A stretch of DNA of 64,000 nucleotides from Bigelowiella natans CCMP2755 (GCA_000320545.1 ADNK01001191.1:1-64000); one strand, 5' to 3'. Numbered from the stretch's first letter, positions 1 to 13,900 are shown. Numbers and translations are program-made. Notes: a model not told the origin generated them from the sequence alone.

Positions 1-51
1 CCACACTGTCCAAATGCCTCGCGAAGGTGTGCCTCTTTCAAGCCCTGCGGG

Positions 52-128
<77 letters not shown>

Positions 129-2811
129 TATATTTATGCATGTTCAAAGTCTCATATATGATTGTAAGTACGAAATTTGATTCGGCCCTTATTGCAAAGA
201 CCAACCGCTCGCGACATACATCATCACCAGGCGTGATAAGATGAAAGCATCCGTTGGAAAAACACAAAGCCTCACCTCCAGCGGCCAAAACTTGATGAAC
301 AGGCTCCTACTTCTCTCGTCCTCTAACAAGGATTTGGTTGAGGAAATATTTTAGAGAGTGGTGGTGGGTAAAAGATGCTGCCTACCCTTTCCTCCTCCTC
401 CTCCTGACTTCATCTTCTTGGTAGGGAAGGTTGGAAGCCATGACGTCTCGGGCGAGTAAACGTAATCGGCATCAATCGCCTTTTCCAGTGACACTCCGCA
501 CATTATATCCCCCAGCAGGCTGTATGCCCATTCCAACATCAGGAGCATGAGAAAGGATAATGAAGAAGAAGAAAAAGAAGAAGAAGAAGAAGAAGAAGAA
601 GAAGAGGAAGCAGAAGAAGCAGCAGGAGAAGCAGCCGAGGAGAGGAAGTGACACAGAAAGTCTTTTTTTTAGTTTTTTTGGGTAAGTGCTCCTGAAAGAA
701 CTCACTTCTTCGAGTATTCTCAGGAGCTCTACCGAGCACTAATCAGAAGGAAACCATTTCAGTCGGTAATCGTAGTGAGAATACCGATGGCCTCCTGCCA
801 GTGGCAGGACACGGCGGGAAAGGAAAACGTCGGACGCATTTCGCAATGGATACTCCACCATTGCAAACGATTATTGCAAAGGTTATGGCGGAACTCAAGG
901 GAATGCCGCTGCTGCTGCTGCTACTACCTAATTATGCTTTTGTTCCACTTTGGTACGCCTTTCGTAAGATATCTTTGTAGATGATAGATGGAAACAGCAC
1001 AACGTAAAGTAACTGCTCCTGCGAAGCACGAAGAACCGCACTACCATAACCATTTTTTTCAATGCATCTTAGTACAAGCTACTATTCATATTAGCTTCAT
1101 CGAAATAAAACATGAAAAATCCAGTTGGAATTCAATCAAAGTACGCTATCAACGCTTGGAGTCCAGCTGCCAAAGCCTCGTCAGAACCATATGCTAAATG
1201 GAGATGCGATGCCGTATAAAAGCGTCAGAACTATGTCAAAGTGAAGGAAATAGGTATGATTTCTTGGAGTGTGTGGTATCTTAATTTACTAGCACTTGTA
1301 CCGGATACGCTGTCAATATTCGGCAATGCTGCTCCCCACGCGCGCAAAGTTCCACTTTCAAATATTCCTGTTGTGTGTGACGCAATGGCGGCAGAGTCCA
1401 AAGGACTGGTTAGTTAGGTATTCTGTAACATAGCAAGCCTTCAAAAGGTGTCGTTTAGAGCAAAAATCGGTCGGGTGTACACATGGACTCTGATACGCTT
1501 TCAAGATTCCGAATCCCGTACAATTATCGTTTAGATGGTAGGGAGAATTTCACCTGGTAATGCCTTAAAGATGGGATCTTGGGAATAGGAAAGACCCTCT
1601 TCTCCATCTCCTTCTTCTGAAGAAGGCAAGCTGGAAGCAGCGCACGCGACTATGGGGAATAAAGATGAGAATGGCGGGTTGTCTGGGGCGTACCTGTCAA
1701 TATACAATTTGTTACATCACACACATACACACATGCGCGCGCACGCACGCACACACGCACGCACCACCCTACAAATTTCTTCTGTTTATTTAGTGTAATC
1801 GTAATGCCTGACATTATTTTTTTGGATTCTATAAGTTGCAGTAAAGCTTTCATCACTAGCAGCCCTGGGCCTTCCGTCCTCTTCCTTTCAGCGTGATATC
1901 CACCATCACCCCGAGATAGACAGTAGAACCATATTGCTTGGTCCAGGAGCGTGTTACAATGCTATATAGGATTGAGAGGGACGTTTATCGTGGAAACCAA
2001 CCTCATCCCTCAAAGGCCGTTAAATTTATGCACAATTGATAACTGTAGTCGCAGTATTTACTATTGTGGAAAGTGAGTAACGAAGAAAAAGAAATTATCA
2101 ACATGAAACGAAAACAGGCATAATAACACGCGCATGATAAAACCTAGGTACGTTTTGAGCACAGGTATATAACGACAGACTATTCAGTCTGCAAGTAGTA
2201 CCAGAGGTTGAGTAGATGTCAGTCCTCCTTCTGCCGCTTTGGATGACGGGCCTCTTCTCCCATAAATTTCTTCAAACGCAGCGGTGAGCAAATTTAACGC
2301 GGTTGCGTCATTTGGGGACTGGAGAACGGCCTTTGATACGACCTCGACTCCTGCCTATAGATCAGGCATTCATATGTTCAAAACAGCAATTCACTTCTCA
2401 AAGTATCCCCAGACTCTACATCGGTAAACATTTCCACAGGTTTTGAGGCAGTTTCCCCCCCTCTCATAGATCCTTTTCGGGGGCACATATTGGATTAATA
2501 TCATTTCTATACATGGATGCTTCGAACGGCGTTGCAAGCCCTGACGAAGACGACGTGACGTCCTCTCTTGGACATGCAAGGCCTTCACCTCCTGATGTGT
2601 TCTTCGGTGAGATACGGCTCGTATGTAATAATTGGTGTGCATGCGTGTACAACCTCCACCCCATCACTGAGAACTTCTTCTCTTGCAAATTCAAAAACGG
2701 ATGTAGGGAAAAGAAGTCGATCGGATCCGGATTTTAGGCTTCAGCTCACCTAGGCCTTAGTTCCGAGCCTTACACTACTAGCGCAGGCCACGCTGAGGGG
2801 TTCCATACATG
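1..2811 (-). CDS. Multi-exon gene, truncated at the window start, encoding an RRM-containing protein; upstream part unassigned
   Basis: Splicing exons ~276-322 and 1-44 gives EDERSRSLFIKFWPLE|GLKEAHLREAFGQCG, an RNP2/helix-1 RRM start. Further coding-like minus-strand exons lie at ~385-548, ~790-905, ~1300-1405, ~1850-1965 and ~2200-2356. The start near 2800 is not resolved. Confidence 0.55.
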
Positions 2812-3781
2812 GAGCGCACACGTCGCAGATGAATGATTTTCAACTTTATACCGATAATATCTTAGAATATCATCGGATTTATGTCTTTCCTCTCCCTTTT
2901 GGTAAGCAAATTTTCCTGGAACTGCGAAGAGAACGTATAGCTTTTAGTTAAATTCAGGATCACTTTTGTTCGAAAGTTGTTTACCAGAAAGCTTCGAATT
3001 GGATGTGAATACAGTAAATAACGCTAACTACTTGTCGCACTAAATAAAACGCTTCTAGGTCATCTTGGATATATTAATTATATTTTAAGGGATACTATGT
3101 TGTCGTATGAGTGAAATAGGATGCATGGTCATTATTCTTTCGGTTTTCCAGGAAACGGAATTCGTGAGGAATATTCAGATCAATATTATGAATATGAACT
3201 TCCAATTTACAAATAATGTACCTAGCGTCAAGATTATCATCAAGACGGACTATAAATATGTCCGTAATTTATATACTAAATATTGAATACTTTGTAAGCA
3301 TATTCTGAATATATGAAACCAGCAGGCAGATAATGGCTGAATGCCTTTGGATTTACTATTACGACTGATATTTTTCATTGTCGTCAATATTATTTAAAGC
3401 ACGTTTTGACTGAACTGTTCCACAGTCTCAGCTAAAACGTCCGAAAGTCAGTGCTACACGTTTGAGGGCGAGTGCACCATTCGAGGAGGAACGTTTATAC
3501 TCCGTTTAGGTCGAGTTGTTGCCCAAACAAGGAAAGGGGGGGTATCTTAAGAAGTGAGGGCGGGTTTGCACGATTTCGTCGAAAAAACAAGTCCTAAGAC
3601 GAGAGATCTTTGAGTTAGGCTGGAGAAGCGTTGTCCGAACAGTGCACACAATCGAAGTTGAAACATGTCGATTATCCACATTTGATACTACCTTGTACGC
3701 TCACCAAATCGCTTGTTCATTCGATTTTATCTTTCATTTCTTCGGCCATTACTAATCTGCTTCGCATGCATCTAATAGACA

Positions 3782-3962
3782 ATGTCGAATCCTCCATGGG
3801 CAACTGACGTGGGCTTCAACGCTGGTCCCAAGAACGGCGACAGCAATCTTAGGTACTGTACCACGACCATGCACGCCATAGAAAGTTTTGTATTTTTCCA
3901 AATACTCAAGCATTGATATGACTAATAAGTTCATACAATTGTTGTATCATCTCTCTCCCTCT

Positions 3963-4004
<42 letters not shown>

Positions 4005-4329
4005 GCGCGTGTGTGTGTGTGTGTATATTTTTGGTATAATGTGCAATTGTTGTCGGTAAGTATGGAAAAGGAGATTAGAGAGGGAGAGGAAAAAATAAAA
4101 TAGATCTCGTTTATCTAATTGTTGTTCTTGATTGGTGTTTTGCAAAAGGACCTCGGACATCAATATTCCATATCGGAAAAAGATGCAACCCAGGTTATTG
4201 GCAACGATTCGCATAGATTGCAACATTTCGAAAGAAGAAAATATTGAGTACATACAATATAATTGTTTGCATCCGTATTGAGTGCACAATACGCATTGAC
4301 GCAAAGATGGAACACGAACACACACGCAC

Positions 4330-4369
<40 letters not shown>

Positions 4370-4370
4370 T

Positions 4371-4411
<41 letters not shown>

Positions 4412-5071
4412 CTTTGCATGTGCGCGTATGCGATATCCAGATTCTCCTCGTCTCTCAAAACCAACGATGTGGTGATTCCAAGAAGAAAACACCTAAACCG
4501 CAACTGGGACGGCCACGGTAAGCATTAGCCAGTATTTTATTTGTGGCGCGAAGTGTTGATTTCTCTCTCCCCCCCTCTCTCTCTCTCTCTGATCAGGCGT
4601 GGCAAATCTGAATACCGGTGATATCGTCGGGCAGCATAATAGGTGCTCGCTATGAGGCATGTTGAGTATCTTTCAACTTATTCGGACCTCTGTTGTTGTT
4701 GAACCCCTCAGTCAAACATTTGTAGAATGTCTCCTTTTCCTCTCACTCACTCCTCCCTTTTCTTCGTTGTCCTTTCTTTTCTCTTGTAGCGTCTTCCATT
4801 CCAATATTTACCTCAAAGTGTCACCTTCTCTGTTTTGATAATGAAGGTTAAAACACCAAATGGGACCTGGTGTCACTCAATACGGCTCTGGCTTCAAGCC
4901 GAGATATAGCCTCGAGGTGAATTAATAACAAGACAATCCTCTGTAGCACATGTGCTGCATAATATTTACACCAAAACGGGAATGAAAACTATCCTCTTCT
5001 CATAGGTCCGCGACATCGATGGTGCGTATGCTAGGCGTAAACGCGATCCCCGGTTTGTTAAATAAACATAT

Positions 5072-5118
<47 letters not shown>

Positions 5119-5482
5119 TGTTCCTTGCATTCTAAGGTTTATAGTTTATAACCCATCCACGCATCGTGATATTGAGTTGACTCATACTTTCGCGTTGTTG
5201 GTCGTTGGTTTGTAAATTATTCCCCTTCAGGCACACATCCCCACTAGATCCGCAATATAAACTTCCTTCACATAAGCAAGCCCCCCCTCCAGAGATGAAG
5301 TACAACCGCACTCACTGTGGCCATATTTATGAGCGTCAATGAGATAGTTTCGGAGAGATGGGATCCGCGTTGTGACCCCACTCTTCACTGCATCGTTGCT
5401 TCTTCGCTCCCCTTTTGGATAATGAGATGTCTCCCCGAATCAAGGGCAAATATAATCAGGAATATATTCTAATCGTGTATAA

Positions 5483-5529
<47 letters not shown>

Positions 5530-5696
5530 TCGCGCGCAGGTACCTGCGGGATAATATACACAATTCTGACATCTCTGGAGCACAAGTTTCAAATAAGTAC
5601 TACTCCTCCGTCCAATGAAATCACACGTTGACCATATTGAAACTCAACCGCAAGAACGTTAAATTCCAGCAGAGAGACAAGAAAATTCAATCTGTC

Positions 5697-5738
<42 letters not shown>

Positions 5739-6420
5739 GCTTACAAATGACACCGCTCTAGCTTACAAATGACACCGCACATAATAAACGCACACTCACG
5801 CGTGGATATAAACGAATTCGTAACGTCGTTGTCTTCATCGGTTTGAGTTGCCTCTTCATCGCCGTCCCTATACAGATACAATCAAATCCAGACAAGGCAA
5901 ACGAACAAGGTTGAGGATATTCGGGGCACGAAATCCCTTCCGCAAACATTCACCAGAACATTCGGGTAATTACAGTTGTCTCAAAAAGAAAAATTGGAAC
6001 AAACGCGCGTGCGCACACACGCACACGCACACACTCACGTATATTTTCTTATCATCTCTGCTTCTGTTTTTCAGGCAAGCAGCTGACGTCCTAGACCACC
6101 GCGACATCACAGCAACCGAGTTTAAGACGAAAAGATTGGTAATAATGGCAATAGGCCACATACACGCAACAAATTTATACATACACAACATGCATAAAAA
6201 GTATGTATGGTGTTGTTTAACGAGGTGGTTCGGCTCGGCGTGTGTATCTTGAATATTTAGGGACATAATCCTCTCGAGCCAACATACACGTTCGGCAGAT
6301 CTAGCGATCTTAAGTAAGATGATGCCCTATCTAAGACCATAGAGACAGGGATAATTAACCTGATTCTTTCTCATTTAAGTTTTTCCTGATTCTATTCGCG
6401 ACGAAATGACGATGCCAGAA

Positions 6421-6468
<48 letters not shown>

Positions 6469-6512
6469 GTGGTGATGCAATACACACCTAAAAGTGCGCT
6501 GTCCCCCCCCCT

Positions 6513-6551
<39 letters not shown>

Positions 6552-7265
6552 TTGGCCACGATTCTGGATATTCCAGCATCAGAAGCCCTCAAAGCAAAGA
6601 TGGCGGCTGTTGGTCCTCTGCAGAAGGGGGTTAGTCTGACTCATTACGGAAGGAGTACACACATTGCGTCTGCGTGTGAGGGGTGGGGGGTATGTGAAGG
6701 AAAGCTTTAGAACACGTCGGGACCTTGAGCAATTTGATGATTTAGTTATTTAAACAGGTGAGGCCCAATCAACTCGGCGACTTCAAGGGCTCGAAGCCCA
6801 CCCCGCTCAAGGCCCAGAAGGAGCTCGCGCACAGATCATACAGTATGAGAGGAAAATATTAATAGAAGGGGAAGAGAATGTAACGTCGCTCACATGAAAC
6901 CTCGCTCACATGAAACCATAAGTATTTGCATTACACACGCACACGTATATCGTGTAGATTATACTACATGTAGAGAAAACTCTGCAACCTTTGTTTTTTG
7001 CTTATGGTGATCCTAAGATCTAAGAACGAGCGATGTTCCTGGGGCATTTACTGGATGGACTCCTGACTGGTCAGTGGTTGCTAGATTGAAATGCTGTGCA
7101 AGCGTTGCAGAATCTTTTTATTTATTAGAAAAGGAGTACCAATGCTCAGAGATTGTATTCGTTCATATACAACATGTAAGCTGACTTATTTCTTTATGTG
7201 TGTGTTAGGCAACCTCCTCGAAAAGACTTCTCAAACCCTACTCGCACCGACGATATTATAGGGGC

Positions 7266-7345
<80 letters not shown>

Positions 7346-7728
7346 GCATGCGTGCGTGCGTGCGTTATATAAATGATAAATATAATTTGCCATAAATATA
7401 ATACTTCATAACCCACATCTGTCCCACATATATACCATCATCAGGCTGGCACTAAGAAGAAACTCACCACAAGACGGAGCTTACACCCACTTAGCCCGAA
7501 GTAATGCTCATCCACAAAAGTTTCATTTTATATACACCGCATGATGTTAAATAGATATTCCGAAGTAAAAAACAAATGCACGCACGCAAAGAGAAGGGAT
7601 GGGGGTGAGGGAGGGGGTGTTAAGGGTGTATCGAAAGACCGGTTTCAAAAATATTTCCATTGTCAGATATAAGACGTTGGATGGGCATGTAGGCCCTCGT
7701 AAAAGAGGGCAGCTCCAATCAACTGGAA

Positions 7729-7730
<2 letters not shown>
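3782..7730 (+). CDS. Uncharacterised repeat protein (L-x-T-x-D-I-x-G-A and P-L-x-P-x-Y repeats), ~14 small exons; 3' end uncertain
   Basis: GT-AG exons translate to MSNPPWATDV..., LKTNDVVIP, LNTGDIVGQ, VRDIDGAYA, HTSPLDPQYKLPSHKQAPPPEMK|YLRDNIHNSDISGAQ, NKVEDIRGTKS, LDHRDI..TKRL|GHNPLEPTY, GDFKGSKP, NLRTSDVPGA, TRTDDIIGAQ|AGTKKKLTTRRSLHPLSPK|Y. Most junctions are phase-compatible; a few are unresolved. Confidence 0.7.
5734..5777 (+). repeat. Exact 22-bp tandem duplication (ctctagcttacaaatgacaccg x2)
   Basis: Directly visible, immediately after a (TC)n tract. Confidence 0.9.
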
Positions 7731-7773
<43 letters not shown>

Positions 7774-8249
7774 TTGGTTTACACCGCTGTTTGAAAAGAG
7801 GTGCATTTTACACTGCGACATCAGCTATTTCAGTATATTTCTGAGTGGTATTATTTTCCTGTATATACTCTAACGAGGGTTTCAACGTAAGTTGTTTCCC
7901 CTGAGAACAGATTCATGTAGTTTTGCGTTAACATCCTATGGTCTATCTAGCGCGCATGGTTGGCAGCAGTGGTTGATTGATGTTCTTGAAATTGTTCAAT
8001 ATCTCAGGAAAATTTCTCAGGTGGTTCTTGGTTAAAGGTTTTGCTATCTTAAAACCAAAGAATCAGACGAGATATATTGTTTTGGGCGCACCACGTTGTC
8101 GATCATATCGCTGCGGGTTAAGAAAAGATGTTATTACAGGCATAAATACTGATAATTTAGAGAGTAACGGTTGCTGATTTGTGATACGTCGTCGTAACAT
8201 GACCAAAAGTATAAGTATGTTCATGTTAAGCGAAGCATTGTTCAATGCG

Positions 8250-8410
8250 CCACATCAGCATTGTTTACTTTGAACATGCAAGCTACAACGGAACTGCTCT
8301 TTGAAGTGTGTGTGCGTGTGTGTGTTGATTTAAGCGAACAACATGGCTAGATGGTGTGTGATGAGCACATGCAGCATGACAAACAAATTAGCAGCAAAGA
8401 GGAATTGTGT

Positions 8411-8460
<50 letters not shown>

Positions 8461-9800
8461 GTACATACTTGTCTAGTTGTGGCGCTGCGACCAAAAATCT
8501 GTTTTATTTTTTACTACTAATGACATGTTACTATGCTTGTTGGATGCATGCATGTGCTTTTCATCATCCTGGTTCGACTGAGCATGATGAATCGGGCGTC
8601 ACTGGTGCGCTACTCCACGCATGCAAGCGCTCTATCTAGTCTATCTATCTGTGGATGCATGTGCAATGCAGCTGTACGTACGTAGCTGCGCATCGCCATG
8701 CATCGCACTGCAAATGCGCAACAACGTGCACAGCTTATTGCATTATTGTGGCACATGTTGCGAGTGTCTGATGGAAGACGTAGGTGACACAGCAGCACAT
8801 GTATGTAGCAGTGTCTACTAGTCTAGCTTGATTTGTGTACGTGCGATGTGCGTGCTTCGCATCAAACGGCGGTGCCTCTTAGTCACATTGTTGCGCATCC
8901 CATGATGTCGATCAATTCGATTCAGCTAGCATGCTAACATGGCGTACTAGCTGCGCTTCTGCAGCAGATCTGCACGCCACGCACACCCCACATTTCATTT
9001 CCCTGCTGCTCGCGGCGGCAAAATAAATTGCAAAAACCAGCAACGCGATAACTTGCTAGCTTGCCTACTGACGAACTGCTGCTGAACTGAATTGCTAGAG
9101 TGACATGGTGATCATCACAGGCACATCACACGTCTTTTGTGAAAAAATGATATAAACAATCTTTGTTGAAAATGCGACATGGCAAAAATCCACAGCAGAG
9201 CACAATTCTTTGGCCAAAGCATCGCTCTAGTGCTGAAAACACTGCAAGGAAGGAAGTTCATTCTCATCCAAATAAACAACAAGTGAGAATTTTCAAATCA
9301 AAAAGTGGAAAAGCATATTGGACAAATCTAGAAATGGCTCACAGAAGAGCAGTTCAGACCTTTGAAAAACAAAAGATTTTTGCATGTGACATCGTCCAAT
9401 ACATGGACACATGCTAGCATGTGCACACAAAAGAAAATCCACAGAAAAACTTGTTGTCAAATTTGGCGGGACAAGGTGAAGCTAGCATGTCATTCTAGCA
9501 ATTTAGTTCAGCAGTACGTAGGTCGCAGTAGGCAAAATTTCATGTTGCGCATTTTGGAAAATTTTGTTACCGCGAACAGTAGGGAAATGAAATGTGGGAT
9601 ATGGTATATAGATCTGCTGCTAGGCATGCTAGCAGGTCTAGCATATTATGCATAGCTATAGATGCATGACCAATGCACTTCCTGACAATGACTAACCTAT
9701 CTAGATGATCACGATGCGATCGACATTGTGCCCCATCATGCACGTATGAGAAATTAAATCATTGTTGCTGTTTTACATAGCTACCTGTACCTTGCATCGC
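8250..9800. repeat. TpA-poor intergenic island containing a decayed dispersed repeat
   Basis: Rich in CATG/TGCA/CTAG with no convincing ORF; 8984-9202 aligns by eye with 49099-49411. Confidence 0.65.
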
Positions 9801-10043
9801 ATGCAGTTATGGTATTATGGCTGAAGGAATCGCGGAAATTACTCTATCATGTAAGCTGCTGATCGTTTCTTCGCGGCGTAAGCAGATGTAAAATGCTTCA
9901 TTATTCCATGAAGACTGTACATAAGTGAGCTCCAGTTCTATTTAAATACCTGCTCCATGGACGCTCTAATTATGCTTGCACGTGTGTTGCTGTGAGGAGG
10001 AGGGATTTGGCAAGCGGAGTTATCTGCGGAGACAGTGGTTGTT

Positions 10044-13000
10044 CTATATCTTCGACGGTGTGGGCCGGCGAAGTGGGCGGGATTTCAACCCTGGAACGAG
10101 CTTCTGCACGCCCAGCCGCTTGCGAGGATAGTCAAAGATGACGCGACAGCCCTCGAGCACCTTTATGCAGAGGACCCCATTGCACACGGCGGAGAGGTCG
10201 TTGGGCGTGTTGACCAGTGTTGCACGCATGTCTTTGGACTCAATCCGCACATCTCCAATTTCCACGTATTCGATCTGCGCCGTGTGTGCATCAACGTTGT
10301 ACCCCCCCGCCCCGGTCATAATGGTCGCCTTTCTTCGTATCGATTTGCAGTCGCTGTTTACGACCCCGGCGGCGTATGCCTTCTCCTCGTTAAAGACGAC
10401 GTGTGACCCCGCTGCACCGATGTCCAGCAGCATCAGGTTGTGGCTGCCGCGCTCTGTATGTTTCCCCTTGACCGTTGCCTCAACATGGGCAACTTTCGAT
10501 AAAAACTTAAGGCTCGCAAAGCTCATCGCCGTCTCCGGATCTTCTCCAGTACTCCCCATGGCAGCACCAACTTCGCCCGTGATCGCGCGCTGCTTCTCTT
10601 CCCCCCCTTCCTTTCCCATCGTCACTACGTCATGGCCAGCCGGCCTAATAAATGCGCGCCGTTTTGAGTTGAAGCCGAAAATTGGCTGATGGTCCAACTC
10701 CAATTCAATGACAGCTTGGCTGAAGAAGTCGAAGCCCAAGATCCCGGCAATCTTCACACCCTCGCCCTGCAGCGACGGCAGCGTCATCGTGTTGAAGATA
10801 GGGTCTTTCCAGGTCATTGGGCCGACGGAGAACGTCGAGATTTTGCAAAGTGCGGATTGTGACATGCCCCCCAGGACACTAGCGTTGTTGGGTGCAAACT
10901 GCTCCAGACCCAGCCGCTTTGCCGCCCACGTCGTGATGACGTTGGTGCTTGCGCCAGTATCCAACATCCAAAAGCCAACGTCCTGCCCATTCACTGTGGC
11001 AGGGATGAGGCAGTGGCCAGACCTTCCCATCGTGAATTTGATCTCTGGGGAGACTTCAGGGTTGATGTGGAGGTCTGGTGCGGGTGGGTTGCTAGGCCGA
11101 CTGTACACGTCGCCATGGCGGGGGTCAGCTCGTAAACGATCGGGAAAGAAATATTTGTTGTTCATTTGGTTGCTGCTGCTGCCTATTCCCCTTAAATCTG
11201 GGATAGAGAACGTTCCACGCTCGTCGTGGTGGGTCTGATCACTATCATCATCATCATTATTATTATTGCCATCGGTGCCACTACCCCCCCCCTCGCCAAA
11301 GTGGAGATTTGACAACGCGACGATTCTTCCCACGATGACACTCTCGTCGATCTCGGTGGACACCGTTTTCGTCGCTTGCATGTACGATTGCGTCGCGGCC
11401 CATTCCGTGAAGTCGAGAGTCTTGACTTGGCCAAAGTAGTGGCAATGGTAGCGTTTAGGCAGCCACGTTCTTGTGTCGATCACATATACTATTTTCGTAA
11501 TATCGTGTGCTTGGCCATCATCGAGATTCTTCTTCAGCCGTAGCTCAATTGCAACAGTTGGCCCTTCGTCATCGACCTCGTTCCGGAGACATCCCATCGC
11601 CTCATCCCTGGGCAGTACCTAGAAGCCAGTAAATTGGAAATGGGGACTCTTACACGCGCACGCTTGTTGCAAAATTTCGCCTGTTATGCGTTCTTTGATG
11701 CATATTTAAATAACTCCTTTCTCCCGTGGTGGTTGCTAATTACTATCCTCTCATTTTCTTCATTGTCTTTTTCCTCCGTCCTTCTCCTTCTCCTTCCCAT
11801 TCCACGACTATTGACCGCAGCCACTCTTATACGATATCCTTACTTACTTACTTACCCGCATGTCGATCTTTTTTCGAATGGAATCCAGAAGAAACAATGA
11901 GTGAAACGCCCAAACTCCTGAATAATCATCGACGCAAATGACAACAACGAAGATGCCTTTTCGGAGAAAAAATCTTATCAATGACCGCCCAAATCATCCC
12001 TGTTTAGCTCCCTTTTCTGCAAAGAACCCCCCCCCATTTGCGCAATGATTTTACTACCTAGTATTAAAGCCTCCCTCTCATCGTACTCCAGCTCAACTGC
12101 AACCTGCCAAAAAGAAGGATGGATTTTAGTGAGAAGCACGAGAGAAGAAAGCGGGCGGGAGGGAGAGAGAGAGAAAGGTAGATAAACTTCTGGACTTAGT
12201 GGAAGGTACAGTGCATCAATGCAATTTCTATGCGATCACATCAGTATATGCCAATATGTAGCAACTACCTTCGAAATAGTATCATGTTGCCACACGGTTT
12301 TATCCCCGTCAAATCCGAATCTAACGATGAACAATGACGAAGCATGAGAGAATAACACACGAAGGAGGTCGCAACTTCTAAAATTTCGCTTGCACAAAGG
12401 CGATAAACGTTACTATATTGCCCCTCTCCTGTTCTTCATATTCCCCCAACCCCCCCCCCCCCTCCCCTCTATCTCTTTATCTATCTTACAAGCTCTGTAC
12501 TGAAGGAGCCCCGGGAGCGTCGTACACGTCGACGTCTCTTCCCACAAACGCTCCATCGCTCGTTCGAATACGATAACGTCCGCAACTGGTTGCCCCTGCC
12601 TGATGAATCATGAGATAGAAGAAACCGATAAATTATGAGGGAATGGGTAAGAAACGGTGAAGAAGAGGTCGCTAGAACAGGGGAAAGAATGAAGCTCTCC
12701 TAATTTTCGGCTCAGTTCCTCTCTGGGAAGCCCCCACCTGGACTTCCTCCGATGTTGAAAGGTATTCGAATTCAGAAGGAACGACTGCTGGCCCCTTCCC
12801 CCGAAAGATAGAAGATTTTAAGTTTTGAAGGATCTGGTGTGTGAGATAATTGGGCAACGGTGGTCAGGGTTTTGGGATATCAAGGATCTACGATTAATAC
12901 CACCTCATCCTCTTCATTATCTCTCATATTATAATTGGCAGTGTTAACAATATGATATATTGAAAGACCAGTTCCAAACGCCCTTTCAATCTTATCAAAC

Positions 13001-13900
13001 CTTCCCCCCTCACCCCTCGACCCCTCTGTTTCTCCTTTCCCCCACCCTATCCTTTCCAAATCATTGAATGTACTAAAGAGTAAATTCAATATGCCGGACT
13101 TTCCCCCCTCCCTGGCATCTCTATTCTTCGGCGGCCATACTTCTTCGAGGCTGTAGTCTTCAGAGGCAAGAACCATATTGTCAGGCGATGGTTTGTCACC
13201 ATCAAGTCCATTCTTTTCAATCGTTGCCGAAATAGAGGGCGCCATTTTTCGTCTCCCCCCCCTCCTCCTCTCCAGCGACGCATACGACGAAGATAATCTT
13301 CGTCGAGGAAATGCGACATCCGCAGTAGGAACCTGAAGACAATCATTACAGAGACTTGGGTAGAACATTCACACGGACATTACTTGGGGGAAAGTCGCAT
13401 ATTTTTCTATCTTGGGGTGAGGCATAGAGTTTGATTTGCCGCCCCAGCTAATGACCTTAGCGGTATTTCTCACTGGAGCTCTCCTGATAATTGCTGATGT
13501 TGTGAAGGCGACACCCAACAGCCCCTGTATTTAATTAATTTCGTTTAAGTATGGTACCCCCCCAATAGAAAAGAAGAAAGAGTGCCGATCTCGCAAACTC
13601 AAAGATTTTCGAATGCTCTGCAACTCTTGAAAGCCCTCTCGAAAATTTATAATCAAAGAAAATTTCGCGGAGAACTACCTCCATTATGCACATATGAACC
13701 CCGAAGGCGAGCAGCAGCGACATCAGAAGTATGGGCACGAGGAGGAGAGATCTACTACACGACGGCCAAAATCTATCATTGGGCCTCCTGGAGGAATACG
13801 ATAAATAAATGGGAGGGGATCATACTTTTCGATTGCATCTACCCCCCTACCTAAAAAATCGTAATCTTTGCTCGCATGGGGAGACGTGCCCCCCCTCATG
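10044..13900 (-). CDS. Two-domain retropepsin-like aspartyl protease with N-terminal hydrophobic segment
   Basis: The last exon (10044-~11617) has two catalytic-type motifs, FWMLDTGAST and LMLLDIGAAG, each followed by a retropepsin GILG/GVLC motif. Upstream exons read FGFDGDKTVWQHD (~12270-12320), VAVELEYDEREALIL (~12058-12102) and RSLLLVPILLMSLLLAFG (~13700-13755). Start not resolved. Confidence 0.8.

Noticed and set aside
14-244. ORFs with HTHT, YIYI, CVCV or LSLS runs here and throughout
   Set aside because: Translations of intronic microsatellites.
385-2400. Faint resemblance of the upstream exons of the RRM gene to Asteroid/FAM120-like proteins
   Set aside because: No diagnostic motif could be confirmed by eye; an HMM search is needed.
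6886-6917. 16-bp tandem duplication (cgctcacatgaaacc x2)
   Set aside because: Intronic, two copies, no spacer; not CRISPR-like and probably slippage.
9820-9835. 15/16 match gctgaaggaatcgYgg with 39001-39016, both at island edges
   Set aside because: Matches of this length are expected by chance in 64 kb.
10035-11238. Plus-strand ORFs of 123-183 aa
   Set aside because: Antisense shadows of the protease exon.
10044-11597. Retrotransposon protease
   Set aside because: No gag, RT, integrase or LTRs; the gene has introns and two protease domains.
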